A DNA stretch of 64,000 nucleotides from an uncultured bacterium (GCA_963713855.1 OY970209.1:576001-640000); one strand, 5' to 3'; shown: positions 18,679-30,806, counted from the stretch's first letter. Program-made: numbers and translations. Notes: generated by a model from the letters alone, not told the origin.

Positions 18679-18993
18679 ACTATCTCCTTAATCAAGTCCG
18701 TGCAGCGATCTAGCATTCGATACTTGAGTCTGGAAGGTTAAGCCTATTTTTTACAATTTAGCAAAAGTATTACTATTAGTGCAATAAATTTCTACAGAAG
18801 TACATATTTTAGTCGTTTTAAAAAAGAGATCTTTTTTCATATACTTTGGCCTCTTTATTTACTATCTAGCCGGCTGGGCTAAAAAAAGGCTTGTTTGGAT
18901 GCTCGTAACTGTATTAATATTGATTGTACACTGTCCTTTATAAGTGGTATTCTTTTACTAAGTAACTGCTTATAAAAGCTCCCGGGAGGACTA

Positions 18994-19623
18994 ATGGGCT
19001 CTAAAGGAACGTTGTTTCTCGTTTCAGCTCCTTCTGGTGCCGGTAAGACTACGCTTGTAACTCGGCTCATCCAGAAGCTTGCCCATGAGCATCTTTTGGA
19101 GCGGGTCATTACGTATACCTCTCGAAAGCAGCGTCATAATGAGAGCAACGGTTTTGACTATCACTTCATATCCGAGACTGATTTTGAAAAAAAGGCCCGA
19201 GAAGGGTTTTTTATCGAATGGAGCTCAGTGTACGGTGCTTATTATGGCTCCCCTCAGAGTGAGCTTATCAAATTAGAGCAAGGCATATCTCTCTGCATGA
19301 TTCTCGATTTAAAGGGTATAAAAGAGGTAATGTCTTATTACCCCTCTGTGACTTTATGGATTGCACCACCAAGTATGCACGCTTTAGAAAAACGTCTTTC
19401 TAAAAGAGGTTCTTACGAACTTGATGATAGATTATTTCGCCTAGACCTTGCAAAAGACGAGCTTAAGCAGGTATCTGAACATAATGTCTTTGACTACACT
19501 ATCGTTAATGATGACCTAGAAACCGCATTCGATCACCTTGAAGGCATTGTTCTACATGAGATGCACCGGACTAAAAATCTTGAAGCACCAGCTTTTGCTT
19601 ACACCCGGGCTGAAAAGATATAA
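18994..19623 (+). CDS. gmk: Guanylate kinase
   Basis: SAPSGAGKTT, TYTSR..R..E..G.DY.FIS, YYGSP, PPS...L..RL..RG. Confidence 0.95.
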   Translation: MGSKGTLFLVSAPSGAGKTTLVTRLIQKLAHEHLLERVITYTSRKQRHNESNGFDYHFISETDFEKKAREGFFIEWSSVYGAYYGSPQSELIKLEQGISLCMILDLKGIKEVMSYYPSVTLWIAPPSMHALEKRLSKRGSYELDDRLFRLDLAKDELKQVSEHNVFDYTIVNDDLETAFDHLEGIVLHEMHRTKNLEAPAFAYTRAEKI

Positions 19624-20016
19624 ATAGTGCTAAATCATTTCTTACAATCGGCAATCGCATTGCACATAATCCGCAATCAGGCTATGTGTTTTGATTATTT
19701 TGCGACAAGTTCGACTTCTTCTTCAAATTATGACTAACTTAAATAAAAACTTGACAATTTTGCGATTTTAATTGATTATCTTATTAGAATGATCTTACAT
19801 AAGGAGTAATCATGATCATAAATGCGGGGTATCCCTGGCTCGTTTAACTCTAATCTAGCTTCGTTCAAGCTCCCATTCTTTTCCCTTCTCTTTTCGTTCA
19901 TTTTTGGATTTCTAACTTTTCCTTATAACTGGAATGAACTCTGTTGGTGGTAATCACCTTAGGTTTTCTTTCTACGTTTTCACTTTTTTAGTTTTTAAAA
20001 GTTAAGGATTAGTCTC

Positions 20017-21162
20017 ATGAAATCTATTATTTTAAGTTTAATTACTTGTCTTTCATTTTGTTCGGCCTTTACTTTGGCCTTGCAGCAAAATGAATTAGGC
20101 GATGTTGCAGGAAGTGATTGTGAGCGTCAAGGTTACTATGTGGAATCTGAAGTGATTGCCTGTGATCAGTGCGGCGATCCATTTCATAAAGCCGTACGCA
20201 TCATGAGTAACGAACAATATAAGAGTTTTGACAACGTGGATGGTGGTTTCGTTGCGGATAATGCAGGAACAACGCCGAATAAAATAGTGACTTTTGTCAC
20301 TGCTGATGGAGAATCTGCTCGATTTTTGGTAAAGCAGTCCCATCCCATTCAGGTGATCAATACAGTCATCGCTACGTTTCTTTATAAGGCACTATTAGGG
20401 GATGAGCTTATACCAGATATTGCTGTTGTAGATGCTAACAGTTTATACCCAAATGAATGTGGTCAAGATTCTCAAGATACCAATAGAGGTGTAAGGAAAT
20501 ATTACATTGCGAGTAAACTGTTTACAGATATGATAATGCATTTTGGAAACAACTCTGGTCAGGACGAGGGTTCTCCATGCTTTTGTACTTGTGTGTATGG
20601 CAATGGTTGGGGAATCGGTTACCACGTATTAAACATTAAAGAGCACGACGTCTACCAAGGCACTGAGCGTGCGGCTATTGTTTCAATGATTTTGCAAGAC
20701 ACGGACGCTTTTGAAAATTGTCGCAATCACGGTTACCGCAAATTTGGGTCAATCTATAAGCTTGTTCGCTTTGATCTTGATCATTCAGATTTATTCTTTG
20801 CTCCTTTTGCGAAAAATCCTATCAAGATACCTTACAATAGTTTGATACGAGTGAAAGAGTTTTTGACCGAAGTTGGCCTCGCGTATATTGCAAAAATCAG
20901 CCAAGAAAAAGATAAGGTTTTTCATGCTCTTAGTAAGAAGATAGATGAAAGCTTTGAAATTTTAAGTGCCCTCTATACGGACGAAGAAATCAGACTAATA
21001 TATAAGCAGTGTGCTTCTCGTTTTATCGCACCCGGAGCGCGTGATGGCACTCCTCATTACAATGGTTATGGTGTCGGACAAGGTCCTACTGTTAACAGTC
21101 TTAATGAGTTAAAAGAAATAATTTTATCGAATGTGAAAACTATATTGGAAAACGTAAGGTAA
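20017..21162 (+). CDS. Secreted protein with atypical kinase-like motifs
   Basis: Sec signal; FLVKQ, YYIASK, QDTD....N.G, RFDLDHS in kinase order. Confidence 0.55.
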   Translation: MKSIILSLITCLSFCSAFTLALQQNELGDVAGSDCERQGYYVESEVIACDQCGDPFHKAVRIMSNEQYKSFDNVDGGFVADNAGTTPNKIVTFVTADGESARFLVKQSHPIQVINTVIATFLYKALLGDELIPDIAVVDANSLYPNECGQDSQDTNRGVRKYYIASKLFTDMIMHFGNNSGQDEGSPCFCTCVYGNGWGIGYHVLNIKEHDVYQGTERAAIVSMILQDTDAFENCRNHGYRKFGSIYKLVRFDLDHSDLFFAPFAKNPIKIPYNSLIRVKEFLTEVGLAYIAKISQEKDKVFHALSKKIDESFEILSALYTDEEIRLIYKQCASRFIAPGARDGTPHYNGYGVGQGPTVNSLNELKEIILSNVKTILENVR

Positions 21163-21174
21163 GACAAACACGGG

Positions 21175-21210
21175 CAAGGACGCGCTTAAATAAACGTAAG
21201 CGCGTCCTTG
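21175..21210 (+). terminator. Hairpin terminator
   Basis: caaggacgcgctta...taagcgcgtccttg. Confidence 0.6.
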
Positions 21211-21339
21211 ATGAGGATTTCACGAAATCAAATGAACCAAATATTCTAGCCTATCCGCGACAATTTTATTAAAAAATCTTATTTTATAACTCAAAGCTTG
21301 ACATGCTAATACTCAAATTACAGGATTGGGGAATAGAAA

Positions 21340-22164
21340 ATGAAAAGATCTTTATCTGTTATAGTTTTATTATCGAGTATTAGCTTCATAGGAATGGAAG
21401 CATCAAAAGATAAGCCCTACAGCAATAGAGATGACATAGGAAGGGTGGCTTTGCCAGGTCTTGATAGAACCTATCAAACGTGTTTTATGCACGGTTATAG
21501 CTCATTTCGATTAGGAAGCCGAATAAGAGAGGATGGTCAAAGGGAATATATTCGTTATAGCATCCCGGTATTTCCTAAAGCCGCCGTACTATCGGTAGTG
21601 CAAATGTTGACAGCTTTTAGCCAAGTGAGACCAAGTATCCGAGATTCGAGCGCAGAGCAAGAGAGACTCGAAAGGCTAGATACCAGCTTTGAAGAGTATT
21701 TTAGAGATCATTCCATAAATGATAGTTTCTATTTTTTATACCGACCTGAAGTTGGAATCAATGACTGGGCTGCTATGGGTCAACCTGGGAGCACTCGCAA
21801 TGGGGCGGGGACCCTCTGGTCCAATGACTCGTTAAGGTCTGAATTTTTTGTAAGGCTGACGCCGCTGCAACTTCTTGCTATGTCTGCCGACTGGGCGGCT
21901 ATTGAACGCTTGCTTAACCGTGGAGCTAACCCTGACTTGGCTACAGACGATGTTCCTCAAACTCCTCTTGAGCTTCTTATTGCGCTTGTACAATGGGAGC
22001 AACAAGAGTTAGGAAACGAGCGTAGGGACTCACCAGAAACTATCGAACTAAATCAAAGGGCGGCCGAAGAATTTGTAGGAAACGAATGGACACGTTTGGT
22101 ACAAAACTCAAGAAGCTTTGTTAGCAGACTCGTATATGCCGGCCAAACTATAATGAGCATTTAA
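21340..22164 (+). CDS. Secreted single-ankyrin-repeat protein (paralog A)
   Basis: Signal + GME; TPLQLLAMSADWAAIERLLNRGANPD...QTPLEL. Confidence 0.7.
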   Translation: MKRSLSVIVLLSSISFIGMEASKDKPYSNRDDIGRVALPGLDRTYQTCFMHGYSSFRLGSRIREDGQREYIRYSIPVFPKAAVLSVVQMLTAFSQVRPSIRDSSAEQERLERLDTSFEEYFRDHSINDSFYFLYRPEVGINDWAAMGQPGSTRNGAGTLWSNDSLRSEFFVRLTPLQLLAMSADWAAIERLLNRGANPDLATDDVPQTPLELLIALVQWEQQELGNERRDSPETIELNQRAAEEFVGNEWTRLVQNSRSFVSRLVYAGQTIMSI

Positions 22165-22383
22165 CTCTATCGTTTATTCTTGGATAAGCGGCCTATTAAA
22201 GCCGTACGCATCTCTTTTCACTTGCAGCATGCAAGGATTGCGAGGATTTTCTCATAATCGAGTAAACCATATATTTTAGGCTATACATGCTAATTTTAGT
22301 AGCTATTTTAATGCAAAATGATATACTAACAGTCAAATTTCCTAAATTGTAAGTTTTAAGTAGGCTTTAATAAGGATTGAAAA

Positions 22384-23298
22384 ATGCAAAGATCTTTAAC
22401 TGTTTTAGTTTTATTAACGAGTTTTAGCCTCATTGGGATGGAAGCGCGAAAAGTTACGCCCTATGCGAGTAGAGATGACATAGGAAGAGTGGCTTCACTG
22501 GGTCTTGAAAGAACGTATGAAACGGGTTTTGCTTACGGTCATAGCTCATTTCGATTAGGAAGCCGCATCGGACAGGATGGTCGAAGAGAATACATTCGTT
22601 ACAGTATACCTGTATTCTCAGGAGATGCCGGACTGAGGGTTGTGCGAATGTTGGAGGCTTTTGGAGAAGTGAGACCAAGTATCCGAGCTGCGGGTGCGGA
22701 GCGAAAGAGACGCCAAAAGCTTGACCGCAGCTTTACAGAGTTTTTTAGGGATCATTCTATCAACGATAGTTTATATTTTTTATACCGACCTGGAGTCGAA
22801 ATCAGTGGATGGAAAGCTACGATTGGTCAATACAGTCACGAATATCGTGGGGCTGGGCCGATTTGGTCCAACGAATCATCAAGGCCTGAATTTTTTGTAA
22901 GGCTGACACCACTTCAAATCGCAGCTATGTCGGGTGACTGGGCGGCAATTGAGCGGTTGGTCAATCGTGGCGCTAATCCGGATTTGGTTACACCGGACGT
23001 TCCTCAAACTCCTCTTGAGCTTCTTATTACGCTAGTACAATGGGAGCAACAAGAGTTAGGAAACGAGCATGGGGAGTCGCCAGAGACCATTGAACTAAAT
23101 CAAAGGGCGGCCGAAGAATTTGTAAGAAACGAGTGGACACGTTTAGTAGAAAACTCAAGAAGTCTTACTCGAAGACTTTCAAATGCGGGTGAAAACATAG
23201 TGAGCGTATTGCGCAATCCTCATACAGCACAGGTGATCATTGCATTATTATTGCTCTACGTCTATTGGCAAAAGACGCAATCTTCTTCTTTGCAATAG
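22384..23298 (+). CDS. Secreted single-ankyrin-repeat protein (paralog B) with C-terminal TM
   Basis: Highly similar to 21340..22164; extra C-terminal VIIALLLLYVYW. Confidence 0.7.
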   Translation: MQRSLTVLVLLTSFSLIGMEARKVTPYASRDDIGRVASLGLERTYETGFAYGHSSFRLGSRIGQDGRREYIRYSIPVFSGDAGLRVVRMLEAFGEVRPSIRAAGAERKRRQKLDRSFTEFFRDHSINDSLYFLYRPGVEISGWKATIGQYSHEYRGAGPIWSNESSRPEFFVRLTPLQIAAMSGDWAAIERLVNRGANPDLVTPDVPQTPLELLITLVQWEQQELGNEHGESPETIELNQRAAEEFVRNEWTRLVENSRSLTRRLSNAGENIVSVLRNPHTAQVIIALLLLYVYWQKTQSSSLQ

Positions 23299-23354
23299 AT
23301 CGTAGTTCTTAAGTTTTTAACTCAATTCTTCTATTTTTACCATCGGAACGATTA

Positions 23355-25310
23355 ATGATGACTCTTAAAGTCGTAATTTTCTGCTCGAGTATCATGCTTT
23401 CTTGTTTTATACCTTTGGTGGGGATGGAAGAGGATGATGGCACGGGGTGGAAGCGAGATATATTTAAGATGAACGACATTTTGTCTCAAAATGCCCAAAA
23501 CGTTACCTTGAGGCTTAATTCGCGGCTGATTAAGGCTTTACGTGAACTGGGTTTAGATAGCTCTATAGCGGAAGAGCTCAAAAAAGCGCAAGAGAATGAA
23601 GAATTACAGAAACTTGTCGAGCACTTTAATTCACAGGATCTGGCTGCTTTTTCTCCTTGCGAGATTCGGGATGTAAGAACTATGTTCCCTCAAACTACTC
23701 ATCAAGTCGCTCTTGAACTGCAAAACGTTATCGAAGAGGTCGGAAATAAAAAACTCAGGGATAGCCCTGTATGTGCGCGATTTAATAGCTTTGAAGTTTC
23801 ACCAGATGTTGCACGAGCATTAATTGCCCATCGTTTACCTGTGTTCTGCCAATTTACCGCGAGCTCAAGAAATACGCTCGCGCTTACAAGTGATGAGTTG
23901 ATGGCTCAGGATGGAGCGACTTTTATACCGCTCGTTTTTGAAGTACACATTGATGCGTCATCTGAATTGAATGGATCTGTTATTCCCACTACTACTGTGG
24001 AAAGAGGAGCAAAGATCGCGAATGATGATTTGTCTATCCCGAAAGCCTGTCTCTTGTCTCTTTCCAGTTTACAAAACATTTTTAGGGGATTTTCTCAATT
24101 AGCCGAAGTAATGCGTAAAAAGAACAAAGCCCTCATTAACTATCGATCATTACTTGGATCTGACTTAATAAGATCTTTAGAAGTGGATTGTGCAAAATGG
24201 TCGTTTCATAAAGATTATAGCATTGGGGGATATTCGAATCTGGCAAGTGTTTTTGTTTTTTACCAATTCTTAATTGGCCAAGAAGGCGATTTTATTGGCC
24301 AAGGTCTGTCCGAAGAAACTTTTAGTGCAAATCTCATCGCTACCGGGGTACGTGAAGATTTGGCACAATCCTACGCGAGTTTATGGCATGATGAGCTGCT
24401 AGTTTATTCTTGGATAAGGGCTCTATTAAAACCGTATGCGTCTCTTTTTGCGCGCATCAATGGTGGTGATACAAGTTTCGAGGGTGATGATTCACCTTTT
24501 TTGCACCCGAATGATTTTGCGATGTTGCTTGAAAGATGTGCAAGAGATTTTCGAAATGTTGGAAGAAAGCGAGCTAGGAGATTGAAAGCACGATTTAATT
24601 GCGAAATGCAAGAACGGGAAAGTGACGATTCAGGACCTATACTAGATTTGACGAATCTTTCTTTGGATAACTTCGAATCAGAAACCAAAGCGAGAGGCAA
24701 GGGTAAGGAAAAAACCAATACTCAGACAGAAAGCCAAGACTGGAAAGAGCATGTAAAAGAAAATAGGAAAGCTCGTCAAAAAGAAAAAGACAGAGCTCGC
24801 CATGACATATGTGATGAGCACAGAAATAATGCGATAGAAGAAATTGGTACAGCGCAAATCGGACCTCTCATGTCATTATGGCCGAGTGAGCGGGAGCGCC
24901 TAGCAGCACGTTTAGAAAATGAGTTTGGGAATCATCATGTGTATAACGCATTTATCGACCCTTTTGACGGAAGGTATAGTGTGACTCAAGAAGAGATTAA
25001 TGCATTTTTTGTAAGAGTGGCCGACCTAGTGGCAGCATTTCTTTTAGAAGAAGGAAGTTATACTTTAGAGGCAATTGAAGAATTTGTTAAAACATTCATT
25101 GCACATGGTCAAGGAACTGACCATCGTTTTCATGGTTCAAGCCATACTCGAGCTTTGCCAGCTAGCTATGTGGCACATAGAAGAGGGGCGCTTATTATCT
25201 TCGGGGTTATGTCATCTGACATTTTTAAGCGTTTAGGTAAAGATGGTCGTCAGTATGAAGATAAATACCTGATGCGTTTATACTCAAAACTAAGCTCCCC
25301 ATTAAGCTAG
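23355..25310 (+). CDS. Large secreted hypothetical protein (paralog A)
   Basis: Signal + GME; basic/charged linker; conserved C-terminal domain shared with 25461..27614. Confidence 0.7.
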   Translation: MMTLKVVIFCSSIMLSCFIPLVGMEEDDGTGWKRDIFKMNDILSQNAQNVTLRLNSRLIKALRELGLDSSIAEELKKAQENEELQKLVEHFNSQDLAAFSPCEIRDVRTMFPQTTHQVALELQNVIEEVGNKKLRDSPVCARFNSFEVSPDVARALIAHRLPVFCQFTASSRNTLALTSDELMAQDGATFIPLVFEVHIDASSELNGSVIPTTTVERGAKIANDDLSIPKACLLSLSSLQNIFRGFSQLAEVMRKKNKALINYRSLLGSDLIRSLEVDCAKWSFHKDYSIGGYSNLASVFVFYQFLIGQEGDFIGQGLSEETFSANLIATGVREDLAQSYASLWHDELLVYSWIRALLKPYASLFARINGGDTSFEGDDSPFLHPNDFAMLLERCARDFRNVGRKRARRLKARFNCEMQERESDDSGPILDLTNLSLDNFESETKARGKGKEKTNTQTESQDWKEHVKENRKARQKEKDRARHDICDEHRNNAIEEIGTAQIGPLMSLWPSERERLAARLENEFGNHHVYNAFIDPFDGRYSVTQEEINAFFVRVADLVAAFLLEEGSYTLEAIEEFVKTFIAHGQGTDHRFHGSSHTRALPASYVAHRRGALIIFGVMSSDIFKRLGKDGRQYEDKYLMRLYSKLSSPLS

Positions 25311-25460
25311 ATTTAGAATCTGAGTCCGGAGAAATATCAAAATATTGCTAGTATTTTTTTCTAGTGCCGACATCATGTTGCTCTTGCGCTTGGGCTCTAG
25401 AAAGGGTATTAATTATAAAAAATAACCATAGTTTAATCGTTATTAATAGTTAGGTGAGCT

Positions 25461-27614
25461 ATGATAGGTAAGCTTTTAACTCTCGGTTGCGCTTTGCTGT
25501 TTTCTAGTTTTCTTGCAGCAATGGAAAAGGATAATAGCTGGCGGCAAGAAATAGCGCGAATTTTTAATCAAGACACCGAGGGCATCTTGCGACTCTTGAT
25601 CCTTGATATGCTGCGCAATCAAGGGGTTGATACATCGGCTGTCGAAGAGCGCTATGCTCGTGAGGTCGAAGAACTGAAAAAAGACCGAGAAGCTGAGGCT
25701 GAGCAAAATGCACGCGGTACAGCGTGGCAACAAGACGTAACTAGAATGCGTAATATTCTTTTACAGAATAGCGAAAATGCAACACTCAGCGTAAATTCTA
25801 CACTTATAGCTGCCTTGCATCAGCTGCACATCGATAGCTCTGTAGCAGAAGCAATGAAAAGCGCGCAGGAGGAAGAAGAAGGAGATGAGCTATTAATCAG
25901 CCAATATGGATCAAGAGATCTTGTCCCGCTTTATCCGAGCGAGATTAGAGATATAAGAATCATGCTTCCGCTGCCTGAACATTTAGTTTTAAATGAGCTG
26001 TGCGGCATTATAGCCTCGACGACGGAAACAAACATTATGGAATGTCCTATATTTGCCCACCAGTCTAAGTTTGCTGTCTCTCGGGCTACCGCAGAACTGT
26101 TAAGCGGTCATCATTTGACTGTTCTGTGTTTACTGCCGGACGGTTCATATACGCTTGCAGGTACAAGAAGCGAATTACCAGACCGAGAACAGGTGACTTT
26201 TTGTCCATTATTTCTTCATTCGTTAGAGGCAGGTGTGGTGCCGCCAGAACATGAATTCGTCATTCCTATTAGACTTACAAAACAATGCGAAACCGATGAA
26301 CCCACAAAAGAAACGGAGAGACCTAAGGGTGGTGGAATCACCAAAATTTCTTTCTTGCCTATTCCAACCCTGAGGCACGTTTGGAGTGCTATTTCTCAAC
26401 TATCAGAGGTAATGAATCGAAAGCATAAGGTATTGCTTGGGCACCAATCGTTAATGAAATCAACTGTTGGTAAGCTTATAAAACATGTTTTAGTCAAAGG
26501 TGAAGCACTCTGGTCTTTCTTTATGAGCGAAAGCGTTCATTTTTATTCAAATTTGGCCACCGTTTTCGTTTTTTACCATTTTTTAGGTGAGCAACACGAT
26601 GAGGGAGAAGATAGATCGGAGGAGGAGCTTATAGAACGAACGATGCTGTTTGGATTAAATGAAAATGCGGCTCAATTGTACGCAAGCTTGTGTCATGAAG
26701 AAAAGCTTATCCGTGACTGGGTAATGGCTCAATTAAGGCCCTACGTTTCTCTTTTTGCTCAATTGAACGGCCATGATTACAGTCTCTATCACGAAGATAA
26801 TCATTCTATCAATCATCTTGATCTTGAAAGATTGTTTGAAAGTTACGCAAGAGAATATCAAAATGCTGGAAGACGGCGCGCCAGAAGATTAAAAGGACAA
26901 GCCCGACGAGAGCTCGAAGGAAGTAGACAAACACCGACTTTAGATTTGACGGCCTGGTCCGAGGATCTCGAATCGAAGAGTAAGACCAAAAAAAAGGGAA
27001 AAGAAAAAGAGACAAAGAAGCCTCAAGTCCTAAATTGGAAAGAGCGTGTGGCAGAAATAAGGAAAGCTAGCGAGCAAAGAAAAGCCGATGCTCGAAATGA
27101 AATAGGTAATGAACACAGAAATAATCAGATAGGAATGCCGCAGGTAATCGAAGGTTCTTCTCAAAACAATGAGTCAGGTATAATGGCTCTATGGCCTAGT
27201 GAGCGAGATCGCCTTGCAAAACTTTTGGAAAATGAATTTAGGAATAATCGAGTATATAATGCATTTATTGATCCTTTTGACAAAAGGTATCGTGTGACTC
27301 AAGAAGAGATTAATGAATTTTTTGAAAAAGTAGGTGATAAGGTGGCAGCATTTCTTGTAGAAGACGGCAGGTATTCAAAAGAGGCTATCGAAGAATTTGT
27401 TGCTGAGTTTGTAGAACTTAGCCAAGGTACAGACCATACTTTTCATGGTTCTAGCCATACAGGAGCCCTGCCTGCAAGTTATGTGGCTCATAGAAGAATC
27501 ATGCTCATTCTATTTGGAATTATGCCCCTTGGTATTTTTAAACATGAAGGTAGAGACGGTCGTGAAGCTGAACAAAATTATCTCATGCGTTTGTTGCATA
27601 ACCCTAAGCCCTAG
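25461..27614 (+). CDS. Large secreted hypothetical protein (paralog B)
   Basis: Signal + AME; shares LWPSER.RLA..LENEF, VYNAFIDPFD.RY and FHGSSHT.ALPASYVAHRR with paralog A. Confidence 0.7.
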   Translation: MIGKLLTLGCALLFSSFLAAMEKDNSWRQEIARIFNQDTEGILRLLILDMLRNQGVDTSAVEERYAREVEELKKDREAEAEQNARGTAWQQDVTRMRNILLQNSENATLSVNSTLIAALHQLHIDSSVAEAMKSAQEEEEGDELLISQYGSRDLVPLYPSEIRDIRIMLPLPEHLVLNELCGIIASTTETNIMECPIFAHQSKFAVSRATAELLSGHHLTVLCLLPDGSYTLAGTRSELPDREQVTFCPLFLHSLEAGVVPPEHEFVIPIRLTKQCETDEPTKETERPKGGGITKISFLPIPTLRHVWSAISQLSEVMNRKHKVLLGHQSLMKSTVGKLIKHVLVKGEALWSFFMSESVHFYSNLATVFVFYHFLGEQHDEGEDRSEEELIERTMLFGLNENAAQLYASLCHEEKLIRDWVMAQLRPYVSLFAQLNGHDYSLYHEDNHSINHLDLERLFESYAREYQNAGRRRARRLKGQARRELEGSRQTPTLDLTAWSEDLESKSKTKKKGKEKETKKPQVLNWKERVAEIRKASEQRKADARNEIGNEHRNNQIGMPQVIEGSSQNNESGIMALWPSERDRLAKLLENEFRNNRVYNAFIDPFDKRYRVTQEEINEFFEKVGDKVAAFLVEDGRYSKEAIEEFVAEFVELSQGTDHTFHGSSHTGALPASYVAHRRIMLILFGIMPLGIFKHEGRDGREAEQNYLMRLLHNPKP

Positions 27615-27668
27615 TTTGGAATTATTTTAAATACAAAAATGATCGCAACTTTTACAATTTTGTTAGGG

Positions 27669-27709
27669 ATGTTAATGGCCGTGCTCATTAAAGCTTCGGC
27701 CATTAACAT
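27669..27709. terminator. Bidirectional hairpin between convergent genes
   Basis: atgttaatggccg...cggccattaacat. Confidence 0.6.
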
Positions 27710-27721
27710 GTTTAAGCGCTT

Positions 27722-28726
27722 TTAAAGTTCTGATTGAGCAAGTTGTTTAGGAGCTTTATTAACTATAGAGCTTTCTTCTTGCGTAAAGATCTTTCTTGCC
27801 TCTTCGGCTTTATCTGAAAGACGTTGTGTTTCTTTAAGAAGAGCATCTGCCTCTTCTTTTGAAAGAACGGCTTTATTAACCCTGTCGTATACTTCTCTCG
27901 TAAAGGCAAAAGTATACTCTAATAATGGCCAAAGAAGTACCACGTAAAGCCCATATCGTCCGACGAGCATAATCGTATTTACGGTATCGCGTAATCGAAG
28001 CACACCCGCTGCGGTTAGTGCTGCTCCGCCAATAGCAGGTATTGCTGGCGAAACTCCGAACTTCTCGGATACCATTTTGTTGGCAGAGATGACTCCATCT
28101 TTTATGTTATTCAAAACAGAGCTTATATCAATTGATGAGGCAAGTACTGGTACCTCGGGAATGTGTTTACCAGCTAAATATAAAGCTCCGGCTCCTGCAC
28201 CGTATAGAGCTGCATACGGTACGCGAGAAAACGCTCTTAATAACGTTGGAATTACGGATTGTGCTCCCAGAATGCTAAGGCTTATCAAGATACCTGCCAT
28301 GATATCTTCCGGTAAGCCAACACGGGTAGCAATAAACGAATTTGTTTCTTGCAAAGTTTTCAAGGTAGACATTAGTGTTTCCTTGATTTTTTCTTGCTCT
28401 TCTTCTGTCAAGAGGTTGGGAAGAATTTTTTCGGTCAAGGTTCTAGTAGCAATTTTCGGAGGCCTAGTTTTTTCTTGTATATAATTTATCGCATTAAAGG
28501 CGCCGTTTGCAGCTGTCATTGCTTGTTCAGCGGCAAAATTGGAAGCCATTCTCAGATTTTCAAGGGTTAACTGTTGCCATATTTTTTCATCGAGAAAGTT
28601 AATTGACGGAATTGCAAACTCTGATGTCCATTCGCCACGAGGGATATTTAGCGTGACTTGATCTGCTTGTGCTTGAATTTCTAGAAAGGGTATCAATAGG
28701 ATTACTAGGGAAAATATATTTTTCAC
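27722..28726 (-). CDS. Hypothetical secreted/membrane protein
   Basis: 334 aa; GTG start with GGAG SD, signal ending IQA, several Gly/Ala-rich hydrophobic segments. Confidence 0.6.
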   Translation of the reverse strand: MKNIFSLVILLIPFLEIQAQADQVTLNIPRGEWTSEFAIPSINFLDEKIWQQLTLENLRMASNFAAEQAMTAANGAFNAINYIQEKTRPPKIATRTLTEKILPNLLTEEEQEKIKETLMSTLKTLQETNSFIATRVGLPEDIMAGILISLSILGAQSVIPTLLRAFSRVPYAALYGAGAGALYLAGKHIPEVPVLASSIDISSVLNNIKDGVISANKMVSEKFGVSPAIPAIGGAALTAAGVLRLRDTVNTIMLVGRYGLYVVLLWPLLEYTFAFTREVYDRVNKAVLSKEEADALLKETQRLSDKAEEARKIFTQEESSIVNKAPKQLAQSEL

Positions 28727-28913
28727 TGCGACTCCAACTAAATTTACTAAACAAATACTCTTTGTATATAATAATATACCAACACTCTCTTTTTTGTAAA
28801 TGATTTTCGGTAAAAAATCTGATGTTCTTGAGAGGAATAGGCGGCTACTAAGGGGCTTTATAAGCTATCGACATGATCAGTTGCTCGAGAGCGCTTGAAG
28901 GAAAATAAAAGTG

Positions 28914-28941
28914 TTGACATAGCCCTGAGTTACGGTATAAT
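28914..28941 (+). promoter_or_regulatory. rRNA promoter P1 (sigma70)
   Basis: TTGACA(28914)-16 nt-TATAAT(28936), A-rich UP element. Confidence 0.8.
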
Positions 28942-29026
28942 TCTTTATAGAATTTCGTTTGGCACTTAAAATTTGAGTCGACTTTTGACTTAAAGTTCAA
29001 GCAAAAAATAAAAATCGAAAAATTTG

Positions 29027-29054
29027 TTGACAGCTTACGCTTCAATGATATAAT
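29027..29054 (+). promoter_or_regulatory. rRNA promoter P2 (sigma70)
   Basis: TTGACA(29027)-16 nt-TATAAT(29049), A-rich UP element. Confidence 0.8.
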
Positions 29055-29067
29055 TATAAAAGTTTCT

Positions 29068-29100
29068 GAAAGCGAAGGCTTTCTAAAAGTTCTTTGACAA
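29068..29100 (+). promoter_or_regulatory. rrn leader boxB hairpin and boxA antiterminator
   Basis: gaaagc-gaag-gctttc hairpin then agttctttgacaa; a second boxA gttctttgaaa lies near 31091 in the spacer. Confidence 0.65.
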
Positions 29101-29149
29101 ACACAAAGAGAAAATTTGTCTACGATCTTGCGATCATCCAATAATTTTT

Positions 29150-30689
<1,540 letters not shown>

Positions 30690-30806
30690 CGAGGGAGTAA
30701 AAGATCTACACTTTGGTGTGTAATTTATATAATTTGAATGAGCAAGATCGTAGACATCCTATAATTAATGAGTACAATAAATATTAGTAGGCAAAAGCTT
30801 CTGAGC

